From NCBI GenBank assembly GCA_963698055.1, contig OY969118.1:133585-197584 (forward strand): 64,000 nt of DNA, in the 5' to 3' direction. Each line of letters opens with the position of its first letter. The first letter of the stretch is position 1. A program made the translations under genes and the position numbers. Of the stretch, positions 20,227 to 30,626 are shown in pieces. The DNA comes from an uncultured Solirubrobacterales bacterium (lineage in GTDB: Bacteria > Actinomycetota > Thermoleophilia > Solirubrobacterales > Solirubrobacteraceae). Under the pieces are notes generated by a model. The model saw only the letters and a program-made list of their open reading frames with translations, made no database searches and had not been told where the DNA came from.

Positions 20227-22251
20227 GTGCCCGAGGATCGCCAGGCCAGCTCCAAGCGCCCGAGCAGCGAGCGTTCCGAGGCCCATCCGCCGATGCCACG
20301 TGACAAGCGTGGCTGGCAGGTCTCGCCGGCGCCCGACGGGCGCGGAATGCCCGAGCAGGCTCCGAGTGGCCCACCGGCACACCGGCGCGCCGGCTTTTTG
20401 TGGTTCGTGCTGATCCTCTTTGCCCTGAACTGGGCCTCGGTGCTGCTGTTCTCGCCCGCGAGCCATCAGCCCCGCGTGACCGTGCCCTTCAGCCCCTACT
20501 TCCTGGCACAAGTCAAGGCCGGCCAGGTCCGCTCGATCGCCTCCAAGGGCGACACCGTCGAAGGGACGTTCCGCGCCAAGCAGCGCTATCCAAACGCCAA
20601 GGCCACGCCGACGACGCTGTTCGAGACCGAGGTGCCGACCTTCTGGAACGGTGATCAGCTCTCAGCGCTGTTGCAGGAAAAGGGCGTGAAGATCAATGCC
20701 CGCTCGACGAGCACGAGCCAGTCGCTTTTGGCCGAGCTGCTGCTCGGCTTCGGCCCCACGTTGTTGATCGTCGGGCTGTTCGTGCTGCTCGCGCGGCGCG
20801 CCGCGAAGGCCGGCGGCGCGATGGGCGCGCTCGGCAACTTTGGGCGCTCGCAGGCGCGGCGCATCGACCCCGACACGATCCGTGTCACCTTCGCCGACGT
20901 CGCCGGCATCGACGAGGCCAAGGCCGAGCTCTCGGAGATCGTGGACTTTCTGCGCAGCCCCGAGCGCTATGGGCGTCTGGGCGGACGCATGCCACACGGC
21001 GTGCTGCTTTCCGGCGCACCCGGCACCGGCAAGACGCTGCTCGCGCGTGCAGTCGCCGGGGAGGCGCATGCCGCCTTCTTCTCGATCTCCGCCTCGGAGT
21101 TCATCGAGGCGATCGTTGGCGTCGGCGCCTCGCGTGTGCGCGACCTGTTCGCGAAGGCCAAGGAGGCGGCGCCCGCGATCATCTTCATCGACGAGCTCGA
21201 CGCGATCGGGCGCTCGCGCCAGGGCTCGGTGGCGGTCAGCGGCTCCAACGACGAGCGCGAGCAAACGCTCGATCAGATCCTGACCGAAATGGACGGTTTT
21301 GAGAGCTCCCAGGCTGTCGTCGTGCTCGCGGCTACGAACCGGCCGGACGTGCTCGACTCGGCGCTGCTGCGTCCGGGCCGCTTCGATCGCCGCGTCGTCG
21401 TGCAGGCTCCTGACCGTGCCGGACGCGCGGAGATCCTCAAGGTCCACACGCGCTCAATTCCGCTCGACCCCTCCGTCGACCTGGATGCGCTCGCGGCGAG
21501 CACGCCGGGCATGGTCGGCGCCGACCTCGCGAACCTCGCCAACGAGGCGGCACTGCTGGCCGCGCGCCGCGATCACGAGAAGGTGCAGATGAGCGACCTC
21601 ACCGACTCGCTCGAGAAGATCATGCTCGGCTCCCCGCGCGGGATCCTGCTCTCGCCGACTGACCGCGAGCGCACCGCATACCACGAGGCCGGACACGCGC
21701 TCGTGGGGATGCTCACGCCAGGCGCCGACCCGGTGCGCAAGATCTCGATCATCCCGCGTGGGATGGCGCTCGGCGTGACGCTCTCCACGCCCGACAGCGA
21801 TCGCGTGTCCTACTCGCTCGAAGACCTCGAGGGCAAGATCAAGGTCGCGCTCGGCGGCCGCGTAGCCGAGGAGCTGATCTACGCAACGATCACCACGGGC
21901 GCCGAGTCCGACATCCAGCAGCTGACGATGATCGCCCGCCAGATGGTCGGACGCTGGGGCATGAGCGAGAGCGTCGGACCGATCTCGGTAATCGCCGAGG
22001 AGGGGCAGAACATGTTCCTGCCGGGAGTGAGCGCGACCTCCGAGCACACGCAACGGCTCGTCGACGAGGAGGTCCACAAGCTCGTGCAGGGCGCCCACAC
22101 AGAGGTCACGAGCCTGCTCGAGGCTCATCGCGAGCAGCTCGAGAGCCTCGCACAGGCGCTGCTCGCCTCGGAGACGCTCGACGCGCCTGAGGCCTACGCC
22201 GCCGCCGGGATCCCCTTCGCCCCGGTCGACCCCGCTTCCAGCCCGATCTGA
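20227..22251 (+). CDS. ftsH: ATP-dependent zinc metalloprotease FtsH
   Basis: Two TM segments, Walker A GAPGTGKT, Walker [22 protein letters not shown] and HEAGH. Confidence 0.95.
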   Translation: MPEDRQASSKRPSSERSEAHPPMPRDKRGWQVSPAPDGRGMPEQAPSGPPAHRRAGFLWFVLILFALNWASVLLFSPASHQPRVTVPFSPYFLAQVKAGQVRSIASKGDTVEGTFRAKQRYPNAKATPTTLFETEVPTFWNGDQLSALLQEKGVKINARSTSTSQSLLAELLLGFGPTLLIVGLFVLLARRAAKAGGAMGALGNFGRSQARRIDPDTIRVTFADVAGIDEAKAELSEIVDFLRSPERYGRLGGRMPHGVLLSGAPGTGKTLLARAVAGEAHAAFFSISASEFIEAIVGVGASRVRDLFAKAKEAAPAIIFIDELDAIGRSRQGSVAVSGSNDEREQTLDQILTEMDGFESSQAVVVLAATNRPDVLDSALLRPGRFDRRVVVQAPDRAGRAEILKVHTRSIPLDPSVDLDALAASTPGMVGADLANLANEAALLAARRDHEKVQMSDLTDSLEKIMLGSPRGILLSPTDRERTAYHEAGHALVGMLTPGADPVRKISIIPRGMALGVTLSTPDSDRVSYSLEDLEGKIKVALGGRVAEELIYATITTGAESDIQQLTMIARQMVGRWGMSESVGPISVIAEEGQNMFLPGVSATSEHTQRLVDEEVHKLVQGAHTEVTSLLEAHREQLESLAQALLASETLDAPEAYAAAGIPFAPVDPASSPI

Positions 22252-22253
22252 GC

Positions 22254-23411
22254 TCAGCCGCTCGCGACCGGCTCCAGGCGTGCGAGCAGTTGTACGCCGA
22301 CGGTGCAGATCGCGAGGCTGGCGAGCGCCGCGGCGACGATCGCTGTCGCGCTAACCGGTGTGAGCTGGTGCTCTGAAAGCCCGAGCGAAGCCACCGCGGC
22401 GGGCACGCCCAGCTGCGCTGTCGCCGCCAGCGCTCCCGCGCGCGAGCCGCGCAGTAGGACTGCGGCGAGCAGGTGGATGAGCACGTTCAGCCCCACCAGC
22501 GCACCGGCGAGCGCGAGCATCGAGGGTTCGCGCACGAGACCCCCGAGGTCCAGGCGCGCGCCGAGCACGACGAAGTAGAGCGGGATGAAGAAGCCTTCGG
22601 CGACGCCGCGAACCTGCGTCGAAAGGCGTTTCGGGCCGCCGATCACCGCTACCGTGACGCCAGCCCCAAAGCCCGCGATGAGGATGCTCGTGCCGCCCTT
22701 CTCCGCGATCCAGGCGAGCACGAACAGCATCAAAAGCGACAGGCGCAGATCCAGCGCCCAGTGGCGCTGCTTGGAGAGGTGGCGCAGATCGTGAACCCAA
22801 TCGTGGCGTGCGAGCACACGCGCCGCGGCGAGCGTCAGCGCGACTGCACCGGCCACTAGCAGCGCACCGAGCACAGCGTGCCCGACACGCGCGGGCGCGA
22901 GCACGATCGGCACGGAGAGAATCGTGATCACATCGGCGATCGTCACCTGCGCAATCACGCTCAGCGCCGCGCCACCGGCGAGGCCGAGCTCCTCGAAGGC
23001 CGGCAGCAGCACGGCGGCGGAGCCCGACGCGAGCACGACGGCATAGATCGCCGCGTGCCCCGTGCCGGCGATGCTCGCGGCGAGCAGTCCTGCCGGCAGC
23101 GCGAGCAGACACACGACGAGCGCGAGCAGCGCGCCGTGGCGCGCCGATGCGGCCAAGCGCCGGTCGCGCAGCGGCAGGTGCATGCCGACCGTCAGCATCA
23201 GCATCGCGAAGCCGACCTGGGCGAGCGTGGAGATCGTCGCGTTGCTTGGTTCGATCCCATCGAGCAGCGTCGGCCCGATCAGGATCCCGGCGAGGATCTC
23301 GCCGGCGACGACGGGCACGAAGCGCCGCCGGCCAATCCCGCCCAGCAGCGGGCCGCCAAGGCCCGCAAGCACGATCACGACGAGCGTTCCGAAGCTCACC
23401 CCCATTCGCAT
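22254..23411 (-). CDS. Cation:proton antiporter (CPA2-like)
   Basis: VPVVAGEILAGILIGP, TIADV and GFFIPLYFVVLG motifs; multi-TM. Confidence 0.85.
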   Translation of the reverse strand: MRMGVSFGTLVVIVLAGLGGPLLGGIGRRRFVPVVAGEILAGILIGPTLLDGIEPSNATISTLAQVGFAMLMLTVGMHLPLRDRRLAASARHGALLALVVCLLALPAGLLAASIAGTGHAAIYAVVLASGSAAVLLPAFEELGLAGGAALSVIAQVTIADVITILSVPIVLAPARVGHAVLGALLVAGAVALTLAAARVLARHDWVHDLRHLSKQRHWALDLRLSLLMLFVLAWIAEKGGTSILIAGFGAGVTVAVIGGPKRLSTQVRGVAEGFFIPLYFVVLGARLDLGGLVREPSMLALAGALVGLNVLIHLLAAVLLRGSRAGALAATAQLGVPAAVASLGLSEHQLTPVSATAIVAAALASLAICTVGVQLLARLEPVASG

Positions 23412-23475
23412 CCCGCGTCCTCGGCGCTCACCAAGGCACGATCGTTGCAGACCTTGGCCGCGTGTATCTGCCGCC

Positions 23476-25071
23476 CTATTCCCCGATCAGATCGCGACGG
23501 GCGAAGCTCCACAGCGCCGCGGCGCCGGCCAGCGCCGCGATCGCGAGCATCACAAGAGCGGCGCCGATCCGTAGGGACTGCGCAGGGACGAGCCCGACGT
23601 GCGCGAACGGCGAGATATCGAGCAGCCAGCTGGGAGCCCCCAGCAGCCCGCCGAACAGCTGCCAAACGAACGCCACCGCCACCAGGCCGTAGCCGAGACC
23701 GGTCCCTGCCCGCGGCAGGACGGCGAACCCAAGCGCGGCGAGACCCAGGAACAGCAGCGCCACCGGCAGGCAGTTGGCGGCCGCTTCGAGCATGCTCAGC
23801 AGCGAGATGTCCGCGCCCTGCGCAGCGGCGCCCGCCCAGGCAAGGACAGCGGCCAGCAGCGCGATCGCGGCGGCGCCCGCGGTGGCGAGCGCAAGACGAC
23901 CGGCAAGCCAGCGTCCACGCTTGAGCGGAAGCGCGAGCAACGTCTCAAGGCGCCCCTGCGCTTCCTCGTGGCGTGCGGCCGCGATCTGCGCGCAGCAGAA
24001 GAGGCTGATGATCAGGATGAAGAACAGGAAGCAAAGCCCGACGTAGCCGGCCGGTGTGGTGATCGAAACGGCTGCCACCTTGCGCAGCTGACGTTCGAAG
24101 CTGCTGGAGACGCCGACCGAGGAGACGCTCGTGGAGATCGCGCCGATGATCAGCGCGAAGGCGCCGCTACCGATCAGCCAACCGGCGAGACTGCCGCGCT
24201 CCTCGCGCAGAGCGAACGCAGCCGGGGAGGACAGCAGCCGCATGTGCGCCTCGGCGCTGTCACGGGCCGCGAGCAAGCCGCGCCCAACATCGCGGCGCAT
24301 CGCGATACGCCGTGCAAGCGCGATCAGCAGCGCAGCGCAAGCGAGCGGCAGCAGTAGGACGGCCGGGCGCGCACCGCTGAACGGGCGCAGCTCCTCAACC
24401 CATCCCAGCGGCGTCGCCCAGCGCAGCCACTGCAGCCCAGGGTCGGTGTCGGCGACGACGCGCAGCGCCAGCGCGAGGACGAGCGCGGAGCTCGACAGCT
24501 CGATCGCCACGCGACGCGTCGCCGCTAGCTGGCTGGCGAGCGCGCCGACGCCAACGAAGACCGGCGCGACCGCGACCGTGGCGAGCGCGAGATAGGCGGA
24601 TTCGGCGAGCGGCAGCGCTCCGGCGAGGAGCCCGATCAGGAGCGCCAGCCACAACATCAGCGTCCCTGCTGCCGTCGCAATGAGCCGCGCCGTGAAGGCC
24701 TGCGAACGCGAGAGCAGCCCAGCGAGCACGATTTCCTCACGTCCGGAGTCCTCCTCGGCGCGCAGCGCACGGACTGCAGCAAGCAGGCCCCAGATGGCGG
24801 CGAAGATCGCCATCATGCCGCCGACCCGCCAAGCCGAGTAGCCGCCGACGCTCACCAGGTCAAACGGCTCGCCGTAGAACAGGCGGATGCTGGCGTTCCC
24901 ACCGAACGCGTGGACGAACCCGAGGCGATCGGCAAGCGTCGGATAGGCGCTGCGATAGCCGACCGGAGTGATGTACGCCACGAGCGCGAACAGCACAGCG
25001 AAGGAGCTGTTGCGAGCGCGCGAGTCCGACAGGGTGCGCCCGGCGAGGGCGCTAGTCGAAGACACGGCCAT
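23476..25071 (-). CDS. ABC-2 type exporter permease (duplicated)
   Basis: RAEEDSGREE, WATPLGW, RRDVG, EEAQGRLE and FARRDL motifs. Confidence 0.85.
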   Translation of the reverse strand: MAVSSTSALAGRTLSDSRARNSSFAVLFALVAYITPVGYRSAYPTLADRLGFVHAFGGNASIRLFYGEPFDLVSVGGYSAWRVGGMMAIFAAIWGLLAAVRALRAEEDSGREEIVLAGLLSRSQAFTARLIATAAGTLMLWLALLIGLLAGALPLAESAYLALATVAVAPVFVGVGALASQLAATRRVAIELSSSALVLALALRVVADTDPGLQWLRWATPLGWVEELRPFSGARPAVLLLPLACAALLIALARRIAMRRDVGRGLLAARDSAEAHMRLLSSPAAFALREERGSLAGWLIGSGAFALIIGAISTSVSSVGVSSSFERQLRKVAAVSITTPAGYVGLCFLFFILIISLFCCAQIAAARHEEAQGRLETLLALPLKRGRWLAGRLALATAGAAAIALLAAVLAWAGAAAQGADISLLSMLEAAANCLPVALLFLGLAALGFAVLPRAGTGLGYGLVAVAFVWQLFGGLLGAPSWLLDISPFAHVGLVPAQSLRIGAALVMLAIAALAGAAALWSFARRDLIGE

Positions 25072-26008
25072 CGGCAGCGTCGTAGTGATGCAGGAAGATT
25101 TCCTCAAGCGAAGGCTCGCGGCTGTTGAGGGCGAGCACCGGATGCCCCGCAAGCGCAGCGATCACGGGGCCGACGCCGCCGCTGACCTCGATGCGTAGGG
25201 CGTTGGCGCCCGCCTGCGCGACGCTGACCCCGCGCAGCCCGTCCAGCTTCGGGGCGGGTCCGTCGAAGGTGACCTCGATCGTCTGCGCACTGAGATGGCG
25301 CAGCTCGTCAAGTGTGCCCTCGTCGATCAGGCGCCCGGCACGCAAGATGCCAACGCGATCGCAGAGCGCCTCGACCTCGCTGAGGATGTGCGAGGAGAGG
25401 AACACGCTCTGTCCGCGCGCCTTGGCCTCCAGCACGGTCTCCCGAAAGGCCACCTCCATGAGTGGATCGAGGCCGCCGGTTGGCTCGTCCAGCATCAGCA
25501 GCTCGGCGCGACTCGCGAACGCCGCGATCAGCTGCACCTTCTGGCGATTGCCCTTGGACAGCGCGCGTACACGCTTGGCCGTGTCGAGCTGAAAGCGCTC
25601 CGTGAGCTGTTCACGGTAGGCGACGTCTGTCCCGCCGCGCAGCTTTGCGAGCAGCTCGAAGGTCTCCTCGCCGGTCAGCGAAGGCCACAGCAACGGCTCC
25701 CCGGGCACGTACGCGACGTGGCGATGCGCAGCCAGTGGCTCGCGCCAGGCATCGATGCCGAACAGCTCGCCGGTCCCTTCGCTCGGGCGGTGTAGACCGA
25801 GCAACAGCTTGATCGTGGTGGTCTTGCCCGAGCCGTTTGGGCCCAGGTAGCCGTACACCTCGCCGCGTCGCACGCTCAGCTCGAGCGCGTCGAGCGCCAC
25901 GGTGCGCCCGTAGCGCTTGCTCAGCCCGTGCGCGCGAATCGCCGGCGCGTCCCGATCGGCACGGGCCTGCCTCTGCGCGGCATCTGCAATCGCAACGTGG
26001 TTGTCCAT
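25052..26008 (-). CDS. ABC transporter ATP-binding protein
   Basis: GPNGSGKT, LSKGNRQK, LDEPT and SSH motifs. Confidence 0.93.
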   Translation of the reverse strand: MDNHVAIADAAQRQARADRDAPAIRAHGLSKRYGRTVALDALELSVRRGEVYGYLGPNGSGKTTTIKLLLGLHRPSEGTGELFGIDAWREPLAAHRHVAYVPGEPLLWPSLTGEETFELLAKLRGGTDVAYREQLTERFQLDTAKRVRALSKGNRQKVQLIAAFASRAELLMLDEPTGGLDPLMEVAFRETVLEAKARGQSVFLSSHILSEVEALCDRVGILRAGRLIDEGTLDELRHLSAQTIEVTFDGPAPKLDGLRGVSVAQAGANALRIEVSGGVGPVIAALAGHPVLALNSREPSLEEIFLHHYDAADGRVFD

Positions 26009-26175
26009 ACATCGAGGATCCGCGCAGCGCTGGGTGTGACGCATCCGGGATTTTCCGTAGCTCGCTGCGTGGAGACCGCACCGGCCCCACGTTTGGCGAT
26101 ATCGGTGCTTATCCGTGGTCAGGCGGGGGGTAAAACCCGGTGTTCGTCAGCTCGCACGGAGGCTAGCTTGCTGTC

Positions 26176-26871
26176 ATGCGGCCCACCCTTCACCTCGCGC
26201 CCACTCCCGCCATCGAAGCTGTGGATCTGCCAGAGGTCGCGGTGGAGCCGATCAGCGTGGTGCTCGCCGACGATCATGCAGCTATGCGACGTAGTCTGCG
26301 GCTTCTGCTCGCCGGCCAGCGCGATCTCGCGGTCGTCGCCGAAGCTGAAGATCACAACGCGGTGGTGCGTCAAGTCCACGAGTGCCGTCCGCAGGTGCTC
26401 GTGCTCGACATGCGGATGGGCGGTAGCTCGAGCATCGAAGCGCTGCGAACGCTCAGCGATCGCGTGCCCGAGACGCGGATCGTTGCAATCTCGATGGAAG
26501 ACACGCCGGCCTTCGCCCAGCGCGCGCTGACAGCGGGGGCACTCGGCTTTGTCGCCAAGGATCTTGCCGATACCGAGCTGGCGCAGGCGATCCGGGCCGC
26601 CGCCGCTGACCGCGAGTTCATCAGTCCGCGCGTCGCGGCGCGGCTCAGCGCGATGCACCGTTCGCTCACCGATCACATGCTCACACTGCGTGAGGTCGAG
26701 GTGCTGCGCCTGATCGCCTTCGGCCACACGAGCGTCGAGATCGCGCGCAAACTCCAGCTCTCGCCGCGCACAATCGAGACACACCGAGCCAACATTCACA
26801 AGAAGCTCGGATTTCCTACGCGCGCCGAGCTGGTCCGCTATGCGCTACGACGCGGCCTGATCGGCGGGTGA
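26176..26871 (+). CDS. NarL/NreC-type response regulator
   Basis: LADDHAAMR, VLDMRM and TIETHRANI motifs. Confidence 0.9.
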   Translation: MRPTLHLAPTPAIEAVDLPEVAVEPISVVLADDHAAMRRSLRLLLAGQRDLAVVAEAEDHNAVVRQVHECRPQVLVLDMRMGGSSSIEALRTLSDRVPETRIVAISMEDTPAFAQRALTAGALGFVAKDLADTELAQAIRAAAADREFISPRVAARLSAMHRSLTDHMLTLREVEVLRLIAFGHTSVEIARKLQLSPRTIETHRANIHKKLGFPTRAELVRYALRRGLIGG

Positions 26872-28557
26872 CATCGCGGCCGGCTCGCTCGCATGCCGCA
26901 CGGGTAGCCGTGCGCTGAGAAGCGTCCCTCCGCTGCCTGATGAGATGCGCATCGAGCCGCCGGCGAGACTCACGCGCTCGCTCATCCCGGCCAGGCCAAA
27001 CCCACGCTCGACGCTCGCCTGGTCAAAGCCCACGCCGTCATCCTCGACCTCGATCAGGAGCTCGCCGTCAGGCTCGGCGACCGTCACCCGCACGCGCCCA
27101 GCTTTGGCGTGCTTGACCACGTTCGTCAGCGCCTCCTGCACGAGCCGATACGCAGCCGTCTCGAGCTCGGGGTCCAGGCGCCCGCCGCCTGCGCCTGCGA
27201 GTCCCAGCGCCAGGTCGCGCTCGATCTCCAGCTCACTCTGCTCGGCGCAGCGATCCAGCAGCGCTTCGATCGCCACGGACAGGCCAAGCTCATCGAGGGC
27301 GGCGGGGCGCAACTCGGTGATGATCGAACGCAGGTTTGCGATCTCACGCTCAATCCGCACGACCGCCTCGCGCATCGCCTCCCGCGCGGGCTCGGGCTCG
27401 TCGCGCCGCAGCGCCGCAGCGAGCAGCAGGCGCAGGCCCCCCAGGCCCTGCAACGTCTCGTCGTGGAGCTCTCGCGCCCAGCGTCTGCGCTCCTCGTCTG
27501 CTGCCGCCACCGACGCGCGCAGCCGGTCTGCGAGCACGCTCTGCGCAAGCGCGACCGCGGTCGCGGCGCTCGCCGCGAATACCCGCAGCATCTGCTCGTC
27601 GTCCTCGGTGAAGGTCGCGCTTTGCTCACCACGATCGAACGCCGCGAGCACTCCGACCGCCTCGCCGCGGTAAAGCATCGGCACGAGCAGCGCCGTGCGC
27701 GCGTCACGCACACCGAAGTTCGTCGGCGCGATGCCCAGACGCGCATTGACGTCAGTGATCCGCTCGGCGCGGCCGCGCTCGAGGACCAGCCCTGATGTCG
27801 AACCGACGATTGGCAGCCGTGCGCCACGGCGCTCCTCGGCGTGACCCGCGCTCGCATGCACGACCAGCTCCTCGCCGTCACGCAGCATGATCACGAGGCT
27901 GCGCGCTCCGACCAGCGCGCGGCCGCGCTTGGCGATCAGCTCGAGTACGTGCTCGAGTGCGATCTCGCCACCGATCGCGACCGCGACGTCGCGCGTGGCC
28001 TCCAGGCCGCGGACCGCTTTCTCGAGCTCCTGGCGACGCTGCTCGCTCGTCTCGTAAAGGCGTGCGTTCTCAATCGCCACCGCCGCCCAGTCGGCCAGGA
28101 TCACGACGGCCTCCTCGTCACGCTCGCTGAAGTCTCCGTCGTCCTTCTCGGTCAGGTAGAGGTTCCCCCACGTCTCGCCGCGCACCACCACGGGCACGCC
28201 GAGGAAGCTGTGCATCACGGGATGTCCGACGGGAAAGCCGTAGCTACGCGGGTGCGCGCCGACATCGTCGAGGCGCAACGGCTCGGGGTGCTCGATCAGC
28301 ACACCGAGCACCCCACGCCCACGCGGCAGCTCGCCGACCTTGCGACGGGTCTCCTCGTCGAAGCCCGACGTCAGGAACTGAGCGAGCTCGGTGCGGCGCT
28401 CGTTAAGCACGCCAATCGCGGCATAGCGAGCCCCGGTAATCTCGCGCGCCGTCTCAAGAACGCGGTCCAGCACGATCTTCAGGTCGAGCTCCGTGACAAG
28501 CGAGCGACCCACCTCCAGCAAGCGGCGCAGCCAGAGGTCGTCGGCAGCTGGGCCCAT
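26845..28557 (-). CDS. DosS/DevS-like double-GAF cytoplasmic sensor kinase
   Basis: GRGVLG...SYGFPVGHPVMHSFLGVP...GNLYLTEK matches DosS GAF-A including the haem-ligand His; ELHD, EALTN and DDGVG; no TM segment. Confidence 0.88.
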   Translation of the reverse strand: MGPAADDLWLRRLLEVGRSLVTELDLKIVLDRVLETAREITGARYAAIGVLNERRTELAQFLTSGFDEETRRKVGELPRGRGVLGVLIEHPEPLRLDDVGAHPRSYGFPVGHPVMHSFLGVPVVVRGETWGNLYLTEKDDGDFSERDEEAVVILADWAAVAIENARLYETSEQRRQELEKAVRGLEATRDVAVAIGGEIALEHVLELIAKRGRALVGARSLVIMLRDGEELVVHASAGHAEERRGARLPIVGSTSGLVLERGRAERITDVNARLGIAPTNFGVRDARTALLVPMLYRGEAVGVLAAFDRGEQSATFTEDDEQMLRVFAASAATAVALAQSVLADRLRASVAAADEERRRWARELHDETLQGLGGLRLLLAAALRRDEPEPAREAMREAVVRIEREIANLRSIITELRPAALDELGLSVAIEALLDRCAEQSELEIERDLALGLAGAGGGRLDPELETAAYRLVQEALTNVVKHAKAGRVRVTVAEPDGELLIEVEDDGVGFDQASVERGFGLAGMSERVSLAGGSMRISSGSGGTLLSARLPVRHASEPAAMSPADQAAS

Positions 28558-28713
28558 GACCCGAGCTTAGTCCCATCTACTCGACTTCGTGCGAGAGCGC
28601 CATGCCGACGCGATGCCCGCGCCTGCGGACAACCCCAAATAAGTAGTTAGCCGAGATGACGATGTGGCTTTCACGGTTTATCGCTGCGCCCGAGCGACCT
28701 ACGCTCGTAGTCG

Positions 28714-28899
28714 ATGAGCGAGCCCAGGTGCACCCATTGCCGGCAGCCGATCGGCGTCTACGAGCCGCTGATCAGAGTTCGCGAGGGTCATCCCCGCGAA
28801 AGCTCGCGCGCCGCTGAGCCCGATGTGCTGCGCGTGGCTGAGCCGTGCTACCACCGCAACTGCTTTGAGCAGCTCCACGGCGCGCCCGACGAGGGTTGA
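28714..28899 (+). CDS. 61-aa putative zinc-finger microprotein
   Basis: CTHC...YHRNC ligands; TACGCT 8 nt upstream of the ATG. Confidence 0.6.
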   Translation: MSEPRCTHCRQPIGVYEPLIRVREGHPRESSRAAEPDVLRVAEPCYHRNCFEQLHGAPDEG

Positions 28900-28992
28900 G
28901 CAGGTCGTGACGCGCCATCTCCGTAGTTTTCCCTCACACGACGGCGGATTTTCTCGGCTGGCGCACGTGACCGTCGCGGTTAGCTTCAGAGC

Positions 28993-30141
28993 ATGACCAG
29001 CCAAGACTCCTCATCCAAGCTTCGTGTCCTGATTGTGGGCGGCGGCGTGGCCGCGCTTGAGACTGCGCTTGCCCTGCGCGAGCTCGCCCCAGGGCTCACC
29101 GATACCACGGTGCTCGCACCCAACAGCGAGTTCCTGTACCGCCCCCTGACCGTGCGCGAGCCTTTTGCCTACCCGCAGGCACGACGCTATCCGCTCGCGC
29201 CGATCGTCGCCGACGCGGGTGCCGCGCTCCTAAGCGACGAGCTCGCCTGGGTCGAGCCGGCCAAGCGTCTCGCGCACACGACGGCGGAGACCGCAATCGC
29301 TTATGACGTGCTCGTGCTCGCGATGGGCGCACGCATCACCGCTCGCTACGAGCACGCGATCACGATCGACGATCGCCGGCTCGATGAGGCGCTGCACGGG
29401 CTCATCCAGGACATCGAGGGCGGCTACGTCGCGAGCGTCGCGTTCGTGGCACCCGCCCGTATGGCGTGGCCGCTGCCGCTGTACGAGCTCGCGCTGATGA
29501 CGGCCGCGCGCGCCTATGACATGAACATCGAGCTGGCTACGACCGTGGTAACACCCGAGGACCGACCGCTGGCGATCTTCGGGCTGAACGCCAGCGACGC
29601 CATCGGCGGACTGCTCGAACAGGCCAAGATCAAGGCGATCACCTCCGCCTACGTGGAGGTGCCCCACACGGGCGAGCTCGTCATCAACCCGGGAGACCGC
29701 CACCTGCACGTCGATCGCGTGGTCGCGCTGCCTGAGCTCTACGGCCCGAGCATCCGCGGCGTACCCGCAAGCAGCCACGGCTTTCTGCATGTCGATGAGC
29801 ACTGCCGGCTGCTGCACGATGAGCACATCTACGCCGCGGGCGACGCGATCGAGTTCGCGATCAAGCATGGAGGCCTCGCCGCACAGCAGGCCGACGCGGT
29901 CGCGCAGGCGATCGCCGCGCAGGCCGGTGCGAAGATCACGCCCGAGCCTTTTCATCCCGTGATCCGCGGGATGCTCCTGACCGGTGGCGAGCCGCGCTAC
30001 CTGACCGCACGCATCACCGGCGGCGCCGGTTTCAGCTCAGAGATCAGCGCGGAGCCGACCTGGTCGCCCCCGAGCAAGATCGCGGCGCGCTACCTCGCGC
30101 CCTACCTGGACGCGCTCGATCACGCCTCCGTGAAGGCATGA
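28993..30141 (+). CDS. SQR/NDH-2-like FAD-dependent oxidoreductase
   Basis: VLIVGGGVAA, YDVLVLAMG, IYAAGD and KHGGLAAQQA motifs. Confidence 0.85.
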   Translation: MTSQDSSSKLRVLIVGGGVAALETALALRELAPGLTDTTVLAPNSEFLYRPLTVREPFAYPQARRYPLAPIVADAGAALLSDELAWVEPAKRLAHTTAETAIAYDVLVLAMGARITARYEHAITIDDRRLDEALHGLIQDIEGGYVASVAFVAPARMAWPLPLYELALMTAARAYDMNIELATTVVTPEDRPLAIFGLNASDAIGGLLEQAKIKAITSAYVEVPHTGELVINPGDRHLHVDRVVALPELYGPSIRGVPASSHGFLHVDEHCRLLHDEHIYAAGDAIEFAIKHGGLAAQQADAVAQAIAAQAGAKITPEPFHPVIRGMLLTGGEPRYLTARITGGAGFSSEISAEPTWSPPSKIAARYLAPYLDALDHASVKA

Positions 30142-30593
30142 TCGCCGAGGCAAACGGCGCAGGGCGCAGGCGCTGCCTGGCGGTGGGCTTCGACCGTGAC
30201 GAGAGCTCGCGCTGCGCGGCCGAGTGGGCCGCGCACGAGCTGCTGCCTGACGGCGAGCTCGTGCTCGTACACGCGTGCCGACCCCTGCACACGCCGCCCT
30301 CGCCGATCGCGAGCACCCATGAGCGTGAGCGGCTCGGCCGTGCGATCGTCGATGAGTTCCTGCTCGAGGGTGAGAGCTCGATGCGCGATCTCGAGCTGGC
30401 CGTCGAGATCCTCGACGCGGACCCCGTGACGGCACTGCTCGATGCTGCACAACGCCACGATGCCGATGCGATCGTCGTGGGCAGCGAGCGACACTCGCGC
30501 GTACAGCGAGCGCTGGGCATCGTCACCACGGGGCTGCTTGAGCGCGCGCCCATCCCGGTGATCGCGGTGCCGCAGCGCGCGCTCAGCCGCTGA
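30138..30593 (+). CDS. Universal stress protein
   Basis: LAVGFD, IVVGS and LLERAPIPVIAVP motifs. Confidence 0.85.
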   Translation: MIAEANGAGRRRCLAVGFDRDESSRCAAEWAAHELLPDGELVLVHACRPLHTPPSPIASTHERERLGRAIVDEFLLEGESSMRDLELAVEILDADPVTALLDAAQRHDADAIVVGSERHSRVQRALGIVTTGLLERAPIPVIAVPQRALSR

Positions 30594-30626
30594 GCACGCG
30601 CTGCCCTTGGCGTCGGGCACGACTCG

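Noticed and set aside
26845-28557. Calling the locus dosRS/devRS
   Set aside because: The kinase fits, but both regulators have NreC-like helices rather than the DosR TVKNY helix, so no gene symbol was assigned.
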